Source: Eremomyces bilateralis CBS 781.70 (lineage: Eukaryota). From it: a DNA stretch of 64,000 bases. The notes below the pieces were generated by a model. It made no database searches. It worked only from the letters and a program-made list of their open reading frames with translations, and was not told the DNA's origin. The DNA lies in assembly GCA_010015585.1 (NCBI GenBank), contig ML975161.1; one strand, written 5' to 3'. The stretch's first letter is position 1; every line of letters begins with the position of its first letter. Positions 1-12,648 of this stretch are shown here, piece by piece. The position numbers were made by a program, and so were the translations under genes.

Positions 1-2278
1 CTTTGCATCGACGGAATTGTAAGTGTCGACACCATTGCGAAGGTTCCTTCAAAAGACACAGTCGATGTGTCCCTGGATTTCTGGTCTGATTAAGAATTAT
101 AAAGTTATTGTTTCTTTCGTTCTGAATTTCGTTCTGAATATCGTCGGAATGTCGACTATCAATGACAATTCTAGAGAATGCTCGGTAGAATATTAGATAA
201 TGCACTGCGAAAAGAGCAAGGCCAAAACGATGCCCCTAAAGAACGGCTGGGTTTGGACACCCTTCAATTAGATAGAGATGAAGAAAAATAAAAAGATATA
301 AATGTCTACACTAATTCTCTGCCTTTAATGAGGGCACAAGGACTCTTAATGAAGGCCCGGTTCCATTTCTCAGGGGGGACGATGCCAGGGATGATACCAC
401 CACTGTGCCTATGCGTCCACTAATAGTTTTGCCGAATATGATAATAGTCAAAGGCTACGAGTATCTTTAAGACTCTGCATGGAGCGCATATAGGTAGTGT
501 TGAGGGTTCAATTCCCCTATCCAATGTCGCACAGGATGAGGCTCCAGACTCGACAACGTCCTCTCATCGACCCTGTCCGACGACCACCATCCTCACCAAT
601 TTGAGAAATGCAAAGTTCGTGTGACATTCATACGGAAACGGGGAATCCCCAAGTCCTGCCGCCGGAAGTAATCAAGTCAACGCGGCTACGTTCCTCACTT
701 CTCCCTTTTCTACCACCGTTCACTAACTAGGAAACAAATGCCCTCAGCCCAAGGATCCGCCTCATCGACATCTCGACACGCTAACCCGGCGAGAGCCTAT
801 CTCGTTTTCGATAGTCGATACGAGGTCGGTGGCGCCTAGGGGGCATTTCTATCATCTCTCCCGCCCTAAGTCGCGAATCGTCCCCGCAAAACCCAATCGG
901 ATCTGCGTCCTATCTTCCGTATTTTCGAGCCGTTGTGTCTGGCGATCGCGGTCAGACGGAACCCCCGGCCGCCTTGTCCAGCTTGTGTCGCGTGGGGTCC
1001 GCAGAAGCTGGATGAGACGCGTCGGGAGGCGGTGGGACGCGATTGGCTGGCTGGATGATTTGAGAATGCGGGTTGCACGGCGGTGGTTTGGAAATGGCGC
1101 GGGACTGCTGATGGGTTCGAGGTTTGGAAAAGGGGTGAAGTTAGGGGAGCGGTTAAGCTTTTAGTAGTGGCGGCTGGCGACCTGCATGCTTGAATGTCTG
1201 ACTAGTCGATGTCGATGACTTTCGACTTTCGAGGCACTGGGGGTTACCACTTATGGCTACACACTCACAATAAGCAACATTGAACCGTGAGGATTGTGTC
1301 CGGGCTTCGAGAGGAGCTATATACGTGTATTCTCGTTTCTGCTACCAATAACAGTAGCATCGCGTGTACATGCCTTATCCTTTTCATTTAGAGATATATT
1401 GAATTCTACGTCTGCTAGAAGTACATCTCTAAATCACCATATGCAAGGTTCCTGCAGCAACCTATTTATTCATATCGCTCCCTGGGCATCATTTGTTTGT
1501 CTTGGATACGTTCGGTTTGTCACATCTCGTAGTTCAGTCGCCAAGTGGTTCTCACAAATCTGTTCCATCTCTCGTTTGTGCTTCCTCTTTAGCTCTTCAT
1601 GTGAGTACCATAAGCCGCTCGTACGGCGCTTGAATACCCAGGATCGCAAAGCGCTGACACGGTAGCAGACGATTTTACACATTCTCCAAGCGCGATGAGG
1701 GAATAGAAAACCGCCAACAGCTTGACAGATTTCCAGCCCGGGGAAATCTATCAACCGTCGGAACACGACCGAACGGTTTGCACTTCACAGCCGCCCCATC
1801 ACTAGATCTCTTCCGCATAAGACGGCACCTTAGGTCCAATACCAGAGCGATGACAGTATTAATTGCCAGTATTCCTCCATATGGAAGCATATCCGCAAGC
1901 TCTTCGACCGCATGATTCCTACACCTGCACGTTGATCAATGTACCGCGAGGTGATGAAATCGATGAGCAGGCGACTTTGACGCACTCCTCCAGCGTACAT
2001 GAGGCTAGAAAAGAATTAAATCTGCCGAGCTACTGGAAGAGTAATAATGGCTCTACCTAGGGCGGTGACGTGGGGTCACTGGATCATCAATTTCTCCATC
2101 CTTAGTGTCAGGGAGCGGGAAGGGGAATTCGTGCTCTGACGTGTAACATCAGGGCCATCTATTTTGTCCACAACGGATGGTGCTTCGTGTTATCCGACGT
2201 GTCAAAGTTCGATGCATGTACAGTTTCCATTCAGTCTGTGGCCATCATAGTGGAAGTATGAATCTGAGATTTTGCCAT

Positions 2279-2838
2279 TCATGACAAGTAAAGTGCATCT
2301 TCATTTGATTTAGAGGCTGACATACTTCCACTGACAAACCCATAGCCGTCGAATTCCCCCTCCTCGTCGGTATTCTCTCCGTCGGGTTCCCTCCCTGGGC
2401 GCCTCTTCCCGCGCCAGCGCCTCCACATCGCCCATTTAGTTTTAGGGGCGAGGGCATCGGCGGCGGCGAGAGAGCTGGCGACCGCGGCGCCCGGCCCAAT
2501 TTCCCCCACTATTCTAGTCACGGCTTCGACCGTGTTCTCTATCGTCGTTTCAGTCACGGTTTCGACGGTCGCATGCGGCAGCATTGCGGCGGTAGTGATG
2601 GTGGTGGTGATTGTTGTTGTCTCTATAATCGTTAGCTGATCCGGTAAGAGTCTTATAAGCAAGGGTGGTGCGTTAGATACGTAGCGGTGGACATACTGTA
2701 TTTGTTTATTGCTGACAGAAAACAGAAATGAGATACCTGGAAGGTATGGCAATATATATCTGGCTGTTTCCGGACGAGGCCTGCGGTGTTGGTGGGTTTC
2801 AGATCCGTGGCGGCGGTGAGCTGTTTGATGGTAAACAT
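2279..2838 (-). CDS. Hypothetical Thr-rich orphan protein (probably spliced; exon structure uncertain)
   Basis: ORF 2838-2737 (MFTIKQ...CHTFQ) ends at a GT donor (2736). A downstream frame encodes TTTITTTITT...TVETVTETT, a basic patch and an acidic tail ending at 2279. No recognisable domain. Confidence 0.3.
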
Positions 2839-4284
2839 GAGAAGGAAATGAAGGATTCTAGGTCTCTAGGGAGCACAGGAGTATACCTTTATATGACTGT
2901 AGAAGCGGGATGTATCTACCGGGCCTTAGGTAGCTATTGTCCCTACCCTCTCTACTCTTCCAGACCTCATCTAACGCGACTACATGTCAAGCGACAGGAA
3001 GTCTGATCATTGAACCAAATAGATGTCCTAAATCAAAGAGAAGGAGGATCGGGTAATCTCGTGGGTATGGGCTGTTTTCAGATATCCCAGGATCAGGAGG
3101 GTCGGACAAGATACTGGAGAAATATCGGTGCTTATTGCTTCGATGACATCTTGGCTAATAAGCTGCATTTTTCCCTCCTCTACAGCTGAGGGTATTTTAG
3201 GATTACCGATAAGCTGCCTTTATCCTAGCTTCTGGTCAATGTTCATGCATCTCGTTCTCCCGCATGAAGTGGGAAGACTCCTGCGCCTTCACCTTGTCAC
3301 AATATATCATTTCAAGGTTTTCCGAGTCGTGAGGCGGATCACAGGGTCGCTATCAAGTTACTTCGTTTTCTGACACCCCTAGAGATGTTCCCAGCATTCA
3401 TGTTTACCGTACCGCTTCATCCTTTGCAGAACTTGAGTCTATATTTGTCGTTCAGTCTTTAGCTGTAGTGTTTACTGCATGGGAAGGGAGAAATTGATGG
3501 CCCTGTCTCCTCAAGCATACCCCCAGAGCGTCGAGATTCGAGAACCCTTAATCGTTACCTACTTTCGCCTCCTATTACTTTTCTTTAAGTTATAGCGTTC
3601 CCCCTTTATATTCTCTTTAATTTAAGGAGCCGATACGAGTCTCTGTTTTAGTCGGCTGGAGGTACACGTCGAAGGCGAAGGGTAATCAATTTCTTCCACC
3701 CGGATGCTGCTTCGCATGGATCGTTGTTCAGTCCAAACAATGAGTCCCGACAATGAAACGCCGCCGTGTCGTTTCACATCGCGAGTTTGATATACAAGAT
3801 CAATTTTGAGACGAGTCATCTACTTTCACCTACGGCTACTACCCTTTCCATGTTAAGCAAATCTCATTTCAGCTACCATGCATAAGGTGATTCAAATGAC
3901 TTTCACGATTCTAGCTCACACCATTTGAGACAGCTTTGGCCGGCTCGCATGTCTGTCTCCTTTCTCCACCAGTTCGCACGGCAGCAGCGTAAGCGAGCGC
4001 TGCATATGTCCGAAGGATTGTCTGCTTTCCCTCCAACTCGACGCACTGCTATCAAACCTAAGGCGGCCTTGGGGGATCCCACGGTCTGATTCCTGGTGTT
4101 TTCCATTCCTTTTTGGCGGGCTCTTTGATTGAAATCTTGTTCATCTTTTCATGCATTCTGGCTGTAATGCCCAGCCGCTCGTAGTACATGTACTCTGGCA
4201 TGACATGGCATCCGTCTTCTTTCCGTTCTCGGTCCCAGCGCCACTGCAGCGCGTGTTTCCCGTCTGTATCTGGTGCGACAGCCC

Positions 4285-4932
4285 TTAGGATGCCATAGTC
4301 ATCCAGTACCCGACGATCCTTCTCTCCTTGTCCGCCATATTCGTCGTCAATATGCAGCCTTCCTCATATTCCGCGCGAACAATCATCGACATAATCCAAT
4401 AATTGATCAGGTATATCACTGTCTGTACGGGTATCCCCATAACATTAGCTGGCCGGAAACATTCCAGGATGAATTTGTGTCGGAAATTCTCACAGTCTTT
4501 CTGATGTAATCTTCCTCTTCCGGGCTTCCCCTTGTAGGAATCTCCAGCGTTCCGCGAATTCTCTGAACACCTGAACTCGGGCTCTAACACTGTTTGGACA
4601 CGGTCCTTTGCCCCATAGACTTGCACGAGGGGCCAGAATAGGAATCGATGAAGGCGCTCCGCGTCCACAGTCAACCACCGATTGAGGGGGGGGTTTGGTA
4701 GTTTTCGTTCCGGAACTCGGTATTTGAAGTATTTTAAAGGAGAACGATGATCCCAGACTTCTTCGGGAGTAGGCGTCACGAGTACATCGTCTAGGGACAA
4801 TGTTGGACGATCACGCTTGAATGTCAACCGAAAATTTCCCAGCTTCATCGTGAAGATGGTAGTGACTTGGGGCCAAGGGAATCCCATAGTGTCCGGCAAT
4901 GTCTCTTTCCTTTGATTCAAATCTGGATCCAT
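4285..4932 (-). CDS. Hypothetical protein, possibly the 5' part of a decayed longer gene
   Basis: 215-aa ATG ORF with protein-like composition. Protein-like sequence appears to continue in shifted frames toward ~4060. No motif recognised. Confidence 0.3.
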   Translation of the reverse strand: MDPDLNQRKETLPDTMGFPWPQVTTIFTMKLGNFRLTFKRDRPTLSLDDVLVTPTPEEVWDHRSPLKYFKYRVPERKLPNPPLNRWLTVDAERLHRFLFWPLVQVYGAKDRVQTVLEPEFRCSENSRNAGDSYKGKPGRGRLHQKDCENFRHKFILECFRPANVMGIPVQTVIYLINYWIMSMIVRAEYEEGCILTTNMADKERRIVGYWMTMAS

Positions 4933-5642
4933 TGGCAGTGTATCAACTGGTTAGCTTCGCGTCCACAGATTAGTTCTGGAATCCTATGGGAGACTTCGTC
5001 CTTCACGACGGAGGGCGGGACTCTTTATACCTACCAAAGGTTTTGCGGGTGATGGCAACCGCTACCGCAACTGGGCCGCCATATTCCACCCAGGAGGTAT
5101 ATATCTGAGGTATTCCGGCCATATACGGTACGGTAACCCTGCAGACAAGGCCAAAGGCCGTTTTATTAGGAAAGAAACCCACAAAACCCATAGGGTCAAA
5201 TGGTCCAAAGGCCAGATCAACCCCTCAACGTTCCGCCAACATAGATGAACTATTTTGTCCGTAGAGGCAGTGCTGTAACCTATGGTACATATGATGGGCG
5301 TTCATACAATGGCCAGCTTGACCGTATCACTGTGCAGTGAGTGCATAATAGTACCTCCGTGCAAAACCACATTAGTTATCTAAGATACTAACTACTCTGG
5401 ATGGCCAGCAGCATGCAGTAAGTATTACGGTAAATACTCTACTCTCATCCCCGAATCACCAAACATTTAGCATCCTGTAGATTGGAATCAGTACCTAAAC
5501 TCTACGATGTTGATGTTTGGGGGGAACTAATGCCAGTCCTAATGCGCTATCATTTGGTTGGTGTATCCATACCAGTGTGTCCCACTCAGTGCTCACGAGC
5601 ACAGCCCACTCCATCTACCTTCAGTTTAGGAGTATTCCTCAT

Positions 5643-5814
5643 TTGAATCATAGATGTCTTAACAAAGAACAGAGACTCCTGTTTTCGTGAAGTAGGTAAC
5701 TAAGTGAAGTTGAGTTAAGATAACTTAGTTACCTAATAGTAAAAGACCTCGTCTCTGAAACTGGAACCAGCGGTACTAGAAGTGGGAATCTGTTTAGAGA
5801 CACCTAAATTTCAA
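5643..5814. repeat. Degenerate foldback / MITE-like inverted repeat immediately upstream of tRNA-Ile
   Basis: Perfect 13-bp IR TAGGTAACTAAGT (5693-5705) / ACTTAGTTACCTA (5723-5735). Concentric CAGAGAC (5670-5676) / GTCTCTG (5751-5757). Degenerate outer arms at 5643-5664 and 5791-5814. Confidence 0.55.
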
Positions 5815-5823
5815 CATAAATCA

Positions 5824-5912
5824 GCTCGCTTAGCTCAGTTGGTTAGAGCGTCGTACTAATATTCCTACAATATGGTATGCGAAGGTCGCCAGTTCGACCC
5901 TGGTAGTGAGCA
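5824..5912 (+). tRNA. tRNA-Ile (anticodon AAT) with 15-nt intron (5862-5876)
   Basis: Acceptor stem GCTCGCT/AGTGAGC+A. D arm TAGCTCAGTTGGTTAGAGC. Anticodon stem TCGTA/TGCGA with loop CT-AAT-A^A. T arm GCCAG-TTCGACC-CTGGT. Intron at the canonical 37/38 position. Confidence 0.95.
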
Positions 5913-5930
5913 TTTCTTTTTTTCTTTTTT
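5913..5930 (+). terminator. RNA polymerase III oligo-T terminator of tRNA-Ile
   Basis: TTTCTTTTTTTCTTTTTT directly after the discriminator base. Confidence 0.85.
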
Positions 5931-6499
5931 TGATCTTTTATCAGAAACCTAAGCTATTTTTTTTGTCATCTTCTCTTGGTTAACTAGGTCCTCACGTGTT
6001 TTCTAACCGCCATTTTGCTTGTTCAAACCTGTCAGGGGCGGACGAAATTGATGGTTCTCAAGTCTTCATGGCTTCGAAACATCTCAATTAATACTTTGCT
6101 TTAACTACCTATCTATACCCCTAGTTGATGTCTCATCACTCATGCTCCTCTTGACTAAAGAGGTCAATACAATTCCCTATCACGTAGGCCGGAGGTGTAC
6201 GTCAAGGATGCACTGTGACCAGCTTCGTTTAGTGGAAGAATTGATGGCACTTCGCCGTTGCCGTTCCCCCAGCCGATGCAAAGCAAAACGATGAGCCATA
6301 CCAACTCTACTAACTTGAAGAAGTATGACTAGAGTAAACAGATGGGACTGTGCCCTTGATGCACTCTCCCGGCCTACGCCAACGGAGAGCCCATGACCGG
6401 ATGGAACTGATAGCACTGCGCCTTTGATACTCTCTTCCGGCCTATTCAAAACGAAGAACCACATCAACTTCGTCAACTTAAACTCGATCAATGTGCACA

Positions 6500-7532
6500 T
6501 CATAAAATCAACACCTTTAATTTACTGGTATTGATTAAGGTAGCTACTTGGGGCGGAGGAGGTAACGGGGACGGCGTCCGCGAAAGTCTGGTAGGCGGCG
6601 TCTCAGGGGGCCGCCAGTGGGCACGGGCTAGGTCTGCGGAGAGGAAGAGACCCGTCGCGTGGTACCGGGGGAGGCCCTCCGTGCAGTTCGAGGGGCCCAT
6701 TCGCTCAGGAGGGATGATGATTTGAGGCTCCACCCCTTTTCGCTTTCTGCCACGCTTCCCACAAGAACATTGTTCCCTTGACGATTGAGACTAGAATCAC
6801 AAATTGCCCCCCGATTATGCCCATGATGTTTGCCATTTGCCCGGGCCGGGGCAGAAGGCCGTGGCTGTAGCGGAGGCCGTAGTTGACAGCGCGGGCATAG
6901 TGATGGTAGCGGTGTTCGTGCTACTGCAGTGGTTCCTGCAACCATAGATGCATGTTAGCTGGTGTAAGATGAATGATAGCAGATGTACATTAGATACAGA
7001 GGGGTGGACTTACCTTTCAAAGTGTGGTTTCTTAACGAAAAGGAAAAGAGCGGTCTGAGGGCGGGCCGAAGGGCGGGAGTGCTATCCAACGAGGGTGGAT
7101 ATTGCCCGGCCTATCTTGGCGGCGCGGGCGTCGGTCACGGAGGCTGGTGCGGCGGCATCGGAAGCGGGCACGTCGTCTAGGGGTAATGTCCCCTCCGGTA
7201 TTCCCCCCTCTACACCCCCCTCTCCCCTTCAACTATCCCTTGCGTTGGAGCCAGCACTTCCCCTTCTTTCTCCCCTTGTAAAGAAGGGTGGTAGCTTAAT
7301 CGCGCCCACAACGGTGACGGTAACCAGCAAGATCCAACCCCAGACGGTGTCCGGAAGGGTCCAGATGGAGGAGGGAGAGAGAGGGAGAGGGGACTATGAT
7401 GATGGGGCTCGGGAGGCCCATGACCGTTTCGGTCACCGTTTTTGTGGCCGTTGTGGTTATCATCCCCATGTCCGGCTACTTCTTCTGCTCGGCCATCTCG
7501 GCGGCAGCGGTGTTGGTGGTGGTGTTGCTTTG
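6500..7532 (-). pseudogene. Decayed spliced gene for a Thr-rich, probably membrane-anchored orphan protein
   Basis: After a CTAAC..TAG acceptor (~7533) the frame reads QSNTTTNTAAAEMAEQKK*PDMGMITTTATKTVTETV. A frameshift in a CT tract precedes the hydrophobic WGWILLVTVTVVGAI. A further GTAAGT..CTAAC..CAG intron lies at ~7013-6936. Confidence 0.25.
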
Positions 7533-9244
7533 CTAATATTGTATTAGTTAGCAAACGTTAGTGGGTGTAAAAAGATGCGTGGAGGTAAGGACTGCGTGGC
7601 GGATACGCAGTGGTAGACTGACTATGTACACATGTTTGCTCATTTGAAAAGGAAAAGTAAGAGGTTCGAAGTAGCATAGGCTACATACAACTATGAAAAC
7701 AAGTATAATCCAAAACATAGAATGAAGCGAGACGTAGGTGAAGGAATTGGAAATGCATCAGGTGCGGCCGGGGCACCGGTAAGTACCTTACCAATGCATC
7801 TGGCATGATTGTTTACGAGCAACTGGCGTACCTGCCGGGCTGTGGATAGAAGCTCTGCTGCTCCCACCATTTGAGCCAGAGAATCTGAAGATGCATTGGT
7901 TCGGTAAGAAGAGGTGGCAGCGGTGCCGGTGAGGGCGGCCGTCACCTATTCCATATCAACGCGAAGGACGAGATATCACAGGAGCAAGGTCTTTTACCGT
8001 GCCCGTGAACTTGCTATTGAAGTACTTCGTAAATGTTGGACCCGGGTTATCGGCGGGGAATACCGGTACCTAGTCCTATGGTTGGAAAAACGCAGACGTA
8101 TCTCCCCAGCCTCCAAATAAGGTACACTCGTTACCAATGGGTCTGAACCAGTGCGTAATCGGATGCCTTGCAAGAACATATAATTCAATCTTCGTCAAAT
8201 ACTTGCATGGCCCCCTAACGTATACTGAGCAATCTGATGGCGACGAAAATGTGGGAATTCGCAATTGAGCAGATAGACCGGGCAGATATCTGCGGCGGAC
8301 AATACAATGGGAATCGCCAGAAAACATCACGGCAATTGCCAGTACGGTGTTTGCCTTCTGTTGAGCTGAATTAACTTTGAATCTGAAGCCATCGTATACC
8401 GCTTCAAGGGAATAGAAGAACCGTAGGTGGATACGATACTTCGTTTGCATGAACCAGAGGAGCATATCGAACAGCGAAGCGCGATCCATTTCACAGAGGA
8501 CGAATGGACTTGGACAATTCAGAGGCGCCAGTAGAGCGTTGCAAGACGAAAAAACGCAAAATTCCCATTTTCGCTAATAAGACCCCATCCCAGAGTTTCG
8601 TAAATGCAGCAAGCAAACGTGGTTTTCCGCGTTTGCGAAAGGAAGAAATGGAGTGTGTTGTGATGTCTGTCTGCGGTTCATCACAGTGATGCATGTCTAC
8701 CCCTGACATACAAGGTCCGTCCCATCATCCTTCCCTGTCCCTTCCGTTTTCCGGCTTTCAGCCCCCCTTTCAGTTCCAGCACCGAGTCCGCCTTGACCCG
8801 CCTGGCTCTGCCCCCCGTTTTAAGTGCTCGCTCGTCGCACCTGAACCGACGCGCTGAACGGACGCGATGGAAGAATACAATGTGTGGAAAAGTAACGAAA
8901 CGAATCGCGGCGCAGCAGAAGACCCCTCGACATCTAGCATGGGCCCCAAGATTCAACGATGTAGAACCCGCGCCGGCAGCAGCAGCACCAATAACTGTTA
9001 TTAAGCTTCATCGGTCTCCTTTCCCCGCCGAACAGCAAACAATGAGCAAAGCCTTGAGAACGCCATACAGCGCAAAAAAAGAAAATCTTGGATCGGTGGT
9101 TGGAAGAAACGCCGTCATTCGCCCGCCATGAGTAAGCTATGCCGGAAAGCACGAACGTGGAAAGTTATGAGTGAGGAGACGTTGAAGGATGGAAAGTGAA
9201 GTGCGTGTGTCAAACAATTGCATGCATATGCGCGCTATCGTGAT

Positions 9245-11664
9245 TCAGAAGAAATGCGTGTGAGGCTTCGAGAGTTCGTGAACTTCCATTTCCTGCGGGC
9301 GGGTTCGAGTCAGTACGATGTACGATGGGACTGGTGAAATCCTGCTTACCATTTTAAATGTATTAAGCTCCTCCTTGATCTGCTGAGCCAGCATGGGAGT
9401 GAGCTTGTTACAGGTCGCAATGTCGCCACGGCGGTCATAGTCGGTAGGAGACCAAACATCGTGGAACTGGATACGGGGGCTGAAGGTGATGTTGCGGATG
9501 CTGCCACCTGGTGTGTTGGGCAAGCTCTTGGAGCTAGCAGTAGCGAAGCGAGAGGCCGCCATGAAGTAGTCGGTCCCGTCAAGCCGAATCCTTTCCTCAA
9601 CCGGAGTGCCGGGGGCGCTGGACGCAGGGGAGTCGCCAACATACGGCACGGGTGGAAGGGCGAAGCCGGCCGTTTTTTGATCGGCGGGACTAACGACAGG
9701 AGAGGAGTTGGTGGAGCCAGGCCCTGGGGATACAGTCAATGGTTGGCAAGGTTAATGAGGGAAGGGGGCGACTTACGCTTTAGGATTCCTTTTTTCGCAA
9801 CCGCAGCGAGAATCTGCTGTCTCTCACGATCCCCTCCAAGGATGGTCTTCCGGGAGTCTCCCCCAGTCACCGACCCGTGAGAGGAACTAGGTGGATCGAT
9901 AGACGAAGAATCCACCGAGCTCGTATCCAACTTCAGGAGGCCAGAGCCGCCAACAGGGTGGTCATAAGAATCGACATGGACATTCACCTGCTCACGTTCT
10001 GCCTCGACCGTGACCATGGAGACTTCAGCGACGCTTGGCCCAGCGGTTCCAGCGGCTCCGGCATCTTCAGTGGGTCCTCCAACCATAGACTTCGGTCGGA
10101 AGATGGCCTTTAGTGACCGAGTAGACTTCTTCATGCCCCTTCCCACTTTCCGAAGCATCATCGATGCGGACGATGCCGTCGAAGATATGGAAAGATTGTC
10201 CGTCGATCCAGTGAACACATTGCCTTGTCCCGAGTAGATCGAAGAACCAATGCCTGCCGCTTCCTGTTGAGCAACGATGGCATCTTCACGCTCTTGTTCA
10301 GCCTCCCTGTTGTCCTTTCGTAACTTGTTCCTGTCTGCAGCCGCAGCCATAGCCGCATTCGTTTCAGCAGCCTTTCGCAATTCCGCAGCACTGCTGAAAG
10401 ACAGTGCTCTCCGCAGTCGAGATTTCATCCCCTTGTTGAGTTCCTTCTCGTTCAACGCGCTGAGCTGTCTCATGGCCGGGGTTTGTGTGGCAATCGACGG
10501 CTCGGGAGTTTTCGGTCGGGATGAGGACGGAGAGGAGGATTCGTCATCTGCCAAAATGGGTTTTGCCAGAGGGGAAGCAGCAAGGCGCTTGCCTCCATCA
10601 GAAGGGACGCGATGACCAGATCTTGGTTGATGCTGTGGAGGTGTGATTGCGAACATGGAAGGTTTAGAAGAGTTGTAAGAGTCATTACGAGCGGATGCTG
10701 GTCGTTGAATCTGAGAGTGAACGGAAGCACGGCTCTCGCTGCTGGCAGTCCTCTCTCGTGACGAGGCTGGACGGAGAGAAACTGTTGCAGTAGTGATATT
10801 CGGGCGCGGGGCGGATGCAGTTGACATAACTTCCGATGTAGGCTTCACTAGTGGTTCTGAGTTCAAGGCCGGTTCAAGGTTTCCCAGGTTTCCCAAGCTT
10901 CGGCGTCTATACCTCTTGGCCAACTCTGATCCCGATTGACGATTATTCTGGGTGGTATCATCAGCACTACCAGACCTAATGTGCTTTGCAGTAGGAGAGT
11001 TCGTAGATCCTAGATTTGGCTTGAACACTGATGGCAGCAAAAGTTGGTCCTTGGATTGAGCGTCGACTGCACTCTGGTCGGTGTGATTGGTCTCACCCAA
11101 GAGAGCAGTTTCAGGACGACGCAGAGTACGACGGTACCTATCCGCAGAAGTCTTGGATTGACTGTCTGTCAATTGAAGAGACAAGTCTGGAACAGACGTC
11201 GAGTGAATGAACGATGACGCTGGCCGACCATCGATTCTCGACATTGCACTTGACCCCACAGGAACCATCGAATCATCCTTTGAGACTTGCCTGCCGGTCA
11301 TCGATGCGCTGGACGACGAAGCCGTCGAGGCCGTCGAGGCCGACGAAGTGGACGCAGGTCCCGAACGGCTTGAGTGGTGACCGGGCTGAAAGTTTTGCTG
11401 GAGACCAGAAGACGGGGCTGGAGCAGATGAGGTCCGGTTGTCCAATCTCAAATGAGGAGTGGTCTGAAACGCGTACGGAGCGACTGGAGAAGCCGACGTT
11501 CCCCGATAAGGGATCCCACCACGTTGTGCATTGTAGATATGGCTCGATGGCATCGGGTGTGGTCGAGAGGATTGATGAGACTGTGAGACGCTCTTGAAAG
11601 CGTCTGGGGAGGAGTGGAGCATCGTCGTGGCAGGTTGAACGATAGGAGCAAGTACTTCAGCCAT
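9245..11664 (-). CDS. BNI4: Bni4-like PP1-targeting / septin-associated protein (3 exons; introns 9776-9724 and 9349-9293)
   Basis: Motifs SRLRRALSFSSAAELRK, STDNLSISSTASSAS, KGILK, RNITFSPRIQFHDVWS and C-terminal CNKLTPMLAQQIKEELNTFKMEMEVHELSKPHTHFF, typical of fungal Bni4 homologues. Canonical GT-AG introns join the ORFs in frame. Confidence 0.8.
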
Positions 11665-12620
11665 CGGAGCAGCGAATGAGATGGAATCGAACACAGGTGG
11701 TGTTTCAAGACCCAGTGATGGGTTTGTTGGGCGTAAACCACTGTCTTGGACGCTTAGGTCCGGGAGAGGAAAGATGAAATGAGACCTGCTCAGAACATAA
11801 TCGTCATTAGAAAACCATTTCTTTCATCTCAACGAGTGGAAGAAAATCGATAGCAGAGCAAAGAGAAGAAGATAACAGGCAATGTCACACTGCCAACAGG
11901 AAAATCGGGCAGAGTTGAGGAGGAGGAACATGGAATGGGAGGGAAACGGGAGATGTGTTGCAGGTCAAAAGAGTGGGTTAAGTCACGTACCCCTTTACCC
12001 TCACGTTGGGAACGATCAGCAATTATGGAACAGAACGGGATGCTGTCAAACACCACACACACGCCGGGAGGGAAAAGCGAAAGCTGATGGTCGTGAATTA
12101 TTACAATGATGGTGAAACGAAGGACAAATACTGCAATGGAACAGTAGTGAGTATCGTCGAAGGGGAATTAACGCAGCCAATGTGGTGGAGCGAAGGCAAG
12201 GCGTGGGTAGGTGGTGAGAGGCTGAGAGCGGGTCGATAGGGTTTCCAGGGTCTGTCCAGCCGGAGGGCGGACGTTGACGAGGCGTGTCAACAAAGCATTG
12301 AGGTCCACGAAATGGAATCGGAGGCAGTGGAATTGCCTCGTCACGATTGAACAAGAGAGATCTTGCTCGCAGAAGTGAAGAGAGAGAACCAGAAGTCCAG
12401 AATGGATGTTGATCAGGAGAAGGGGAGCTGAGATGATGAGACGGGTTGTCGACGTCCGAGCAGGTCGCTACTTGGAGGGGGCGCTGCCACACACAGGGAT
12501 GGCAGGCTAGGGACAAAGGGAAGGAAGCTGACCCCGATGGAGAAGAGGAAGAAGAGGGAGAAGAGGAAGAAGGGGACGGGAGAGAAAGAAAACGAAGAAG
12601 AAAAAAGATACTGTATGGAG

Positions 12621-12648
12621 AGTGTAGTGTAGTGTAGTGTAGTGTAGT
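12621..12648. repeat. (AGTGT)5 microsatellite in the purine-rich region upstream of BNI4
   Basis: agtgt x5 + agt seen directly. Confidence 0.9.

Noticed and set aside
7690..9131. Possible multi-exon gene(s) on either strand
   Set aside because: Several protein-like frames, but I could not build a consistent spliced model.
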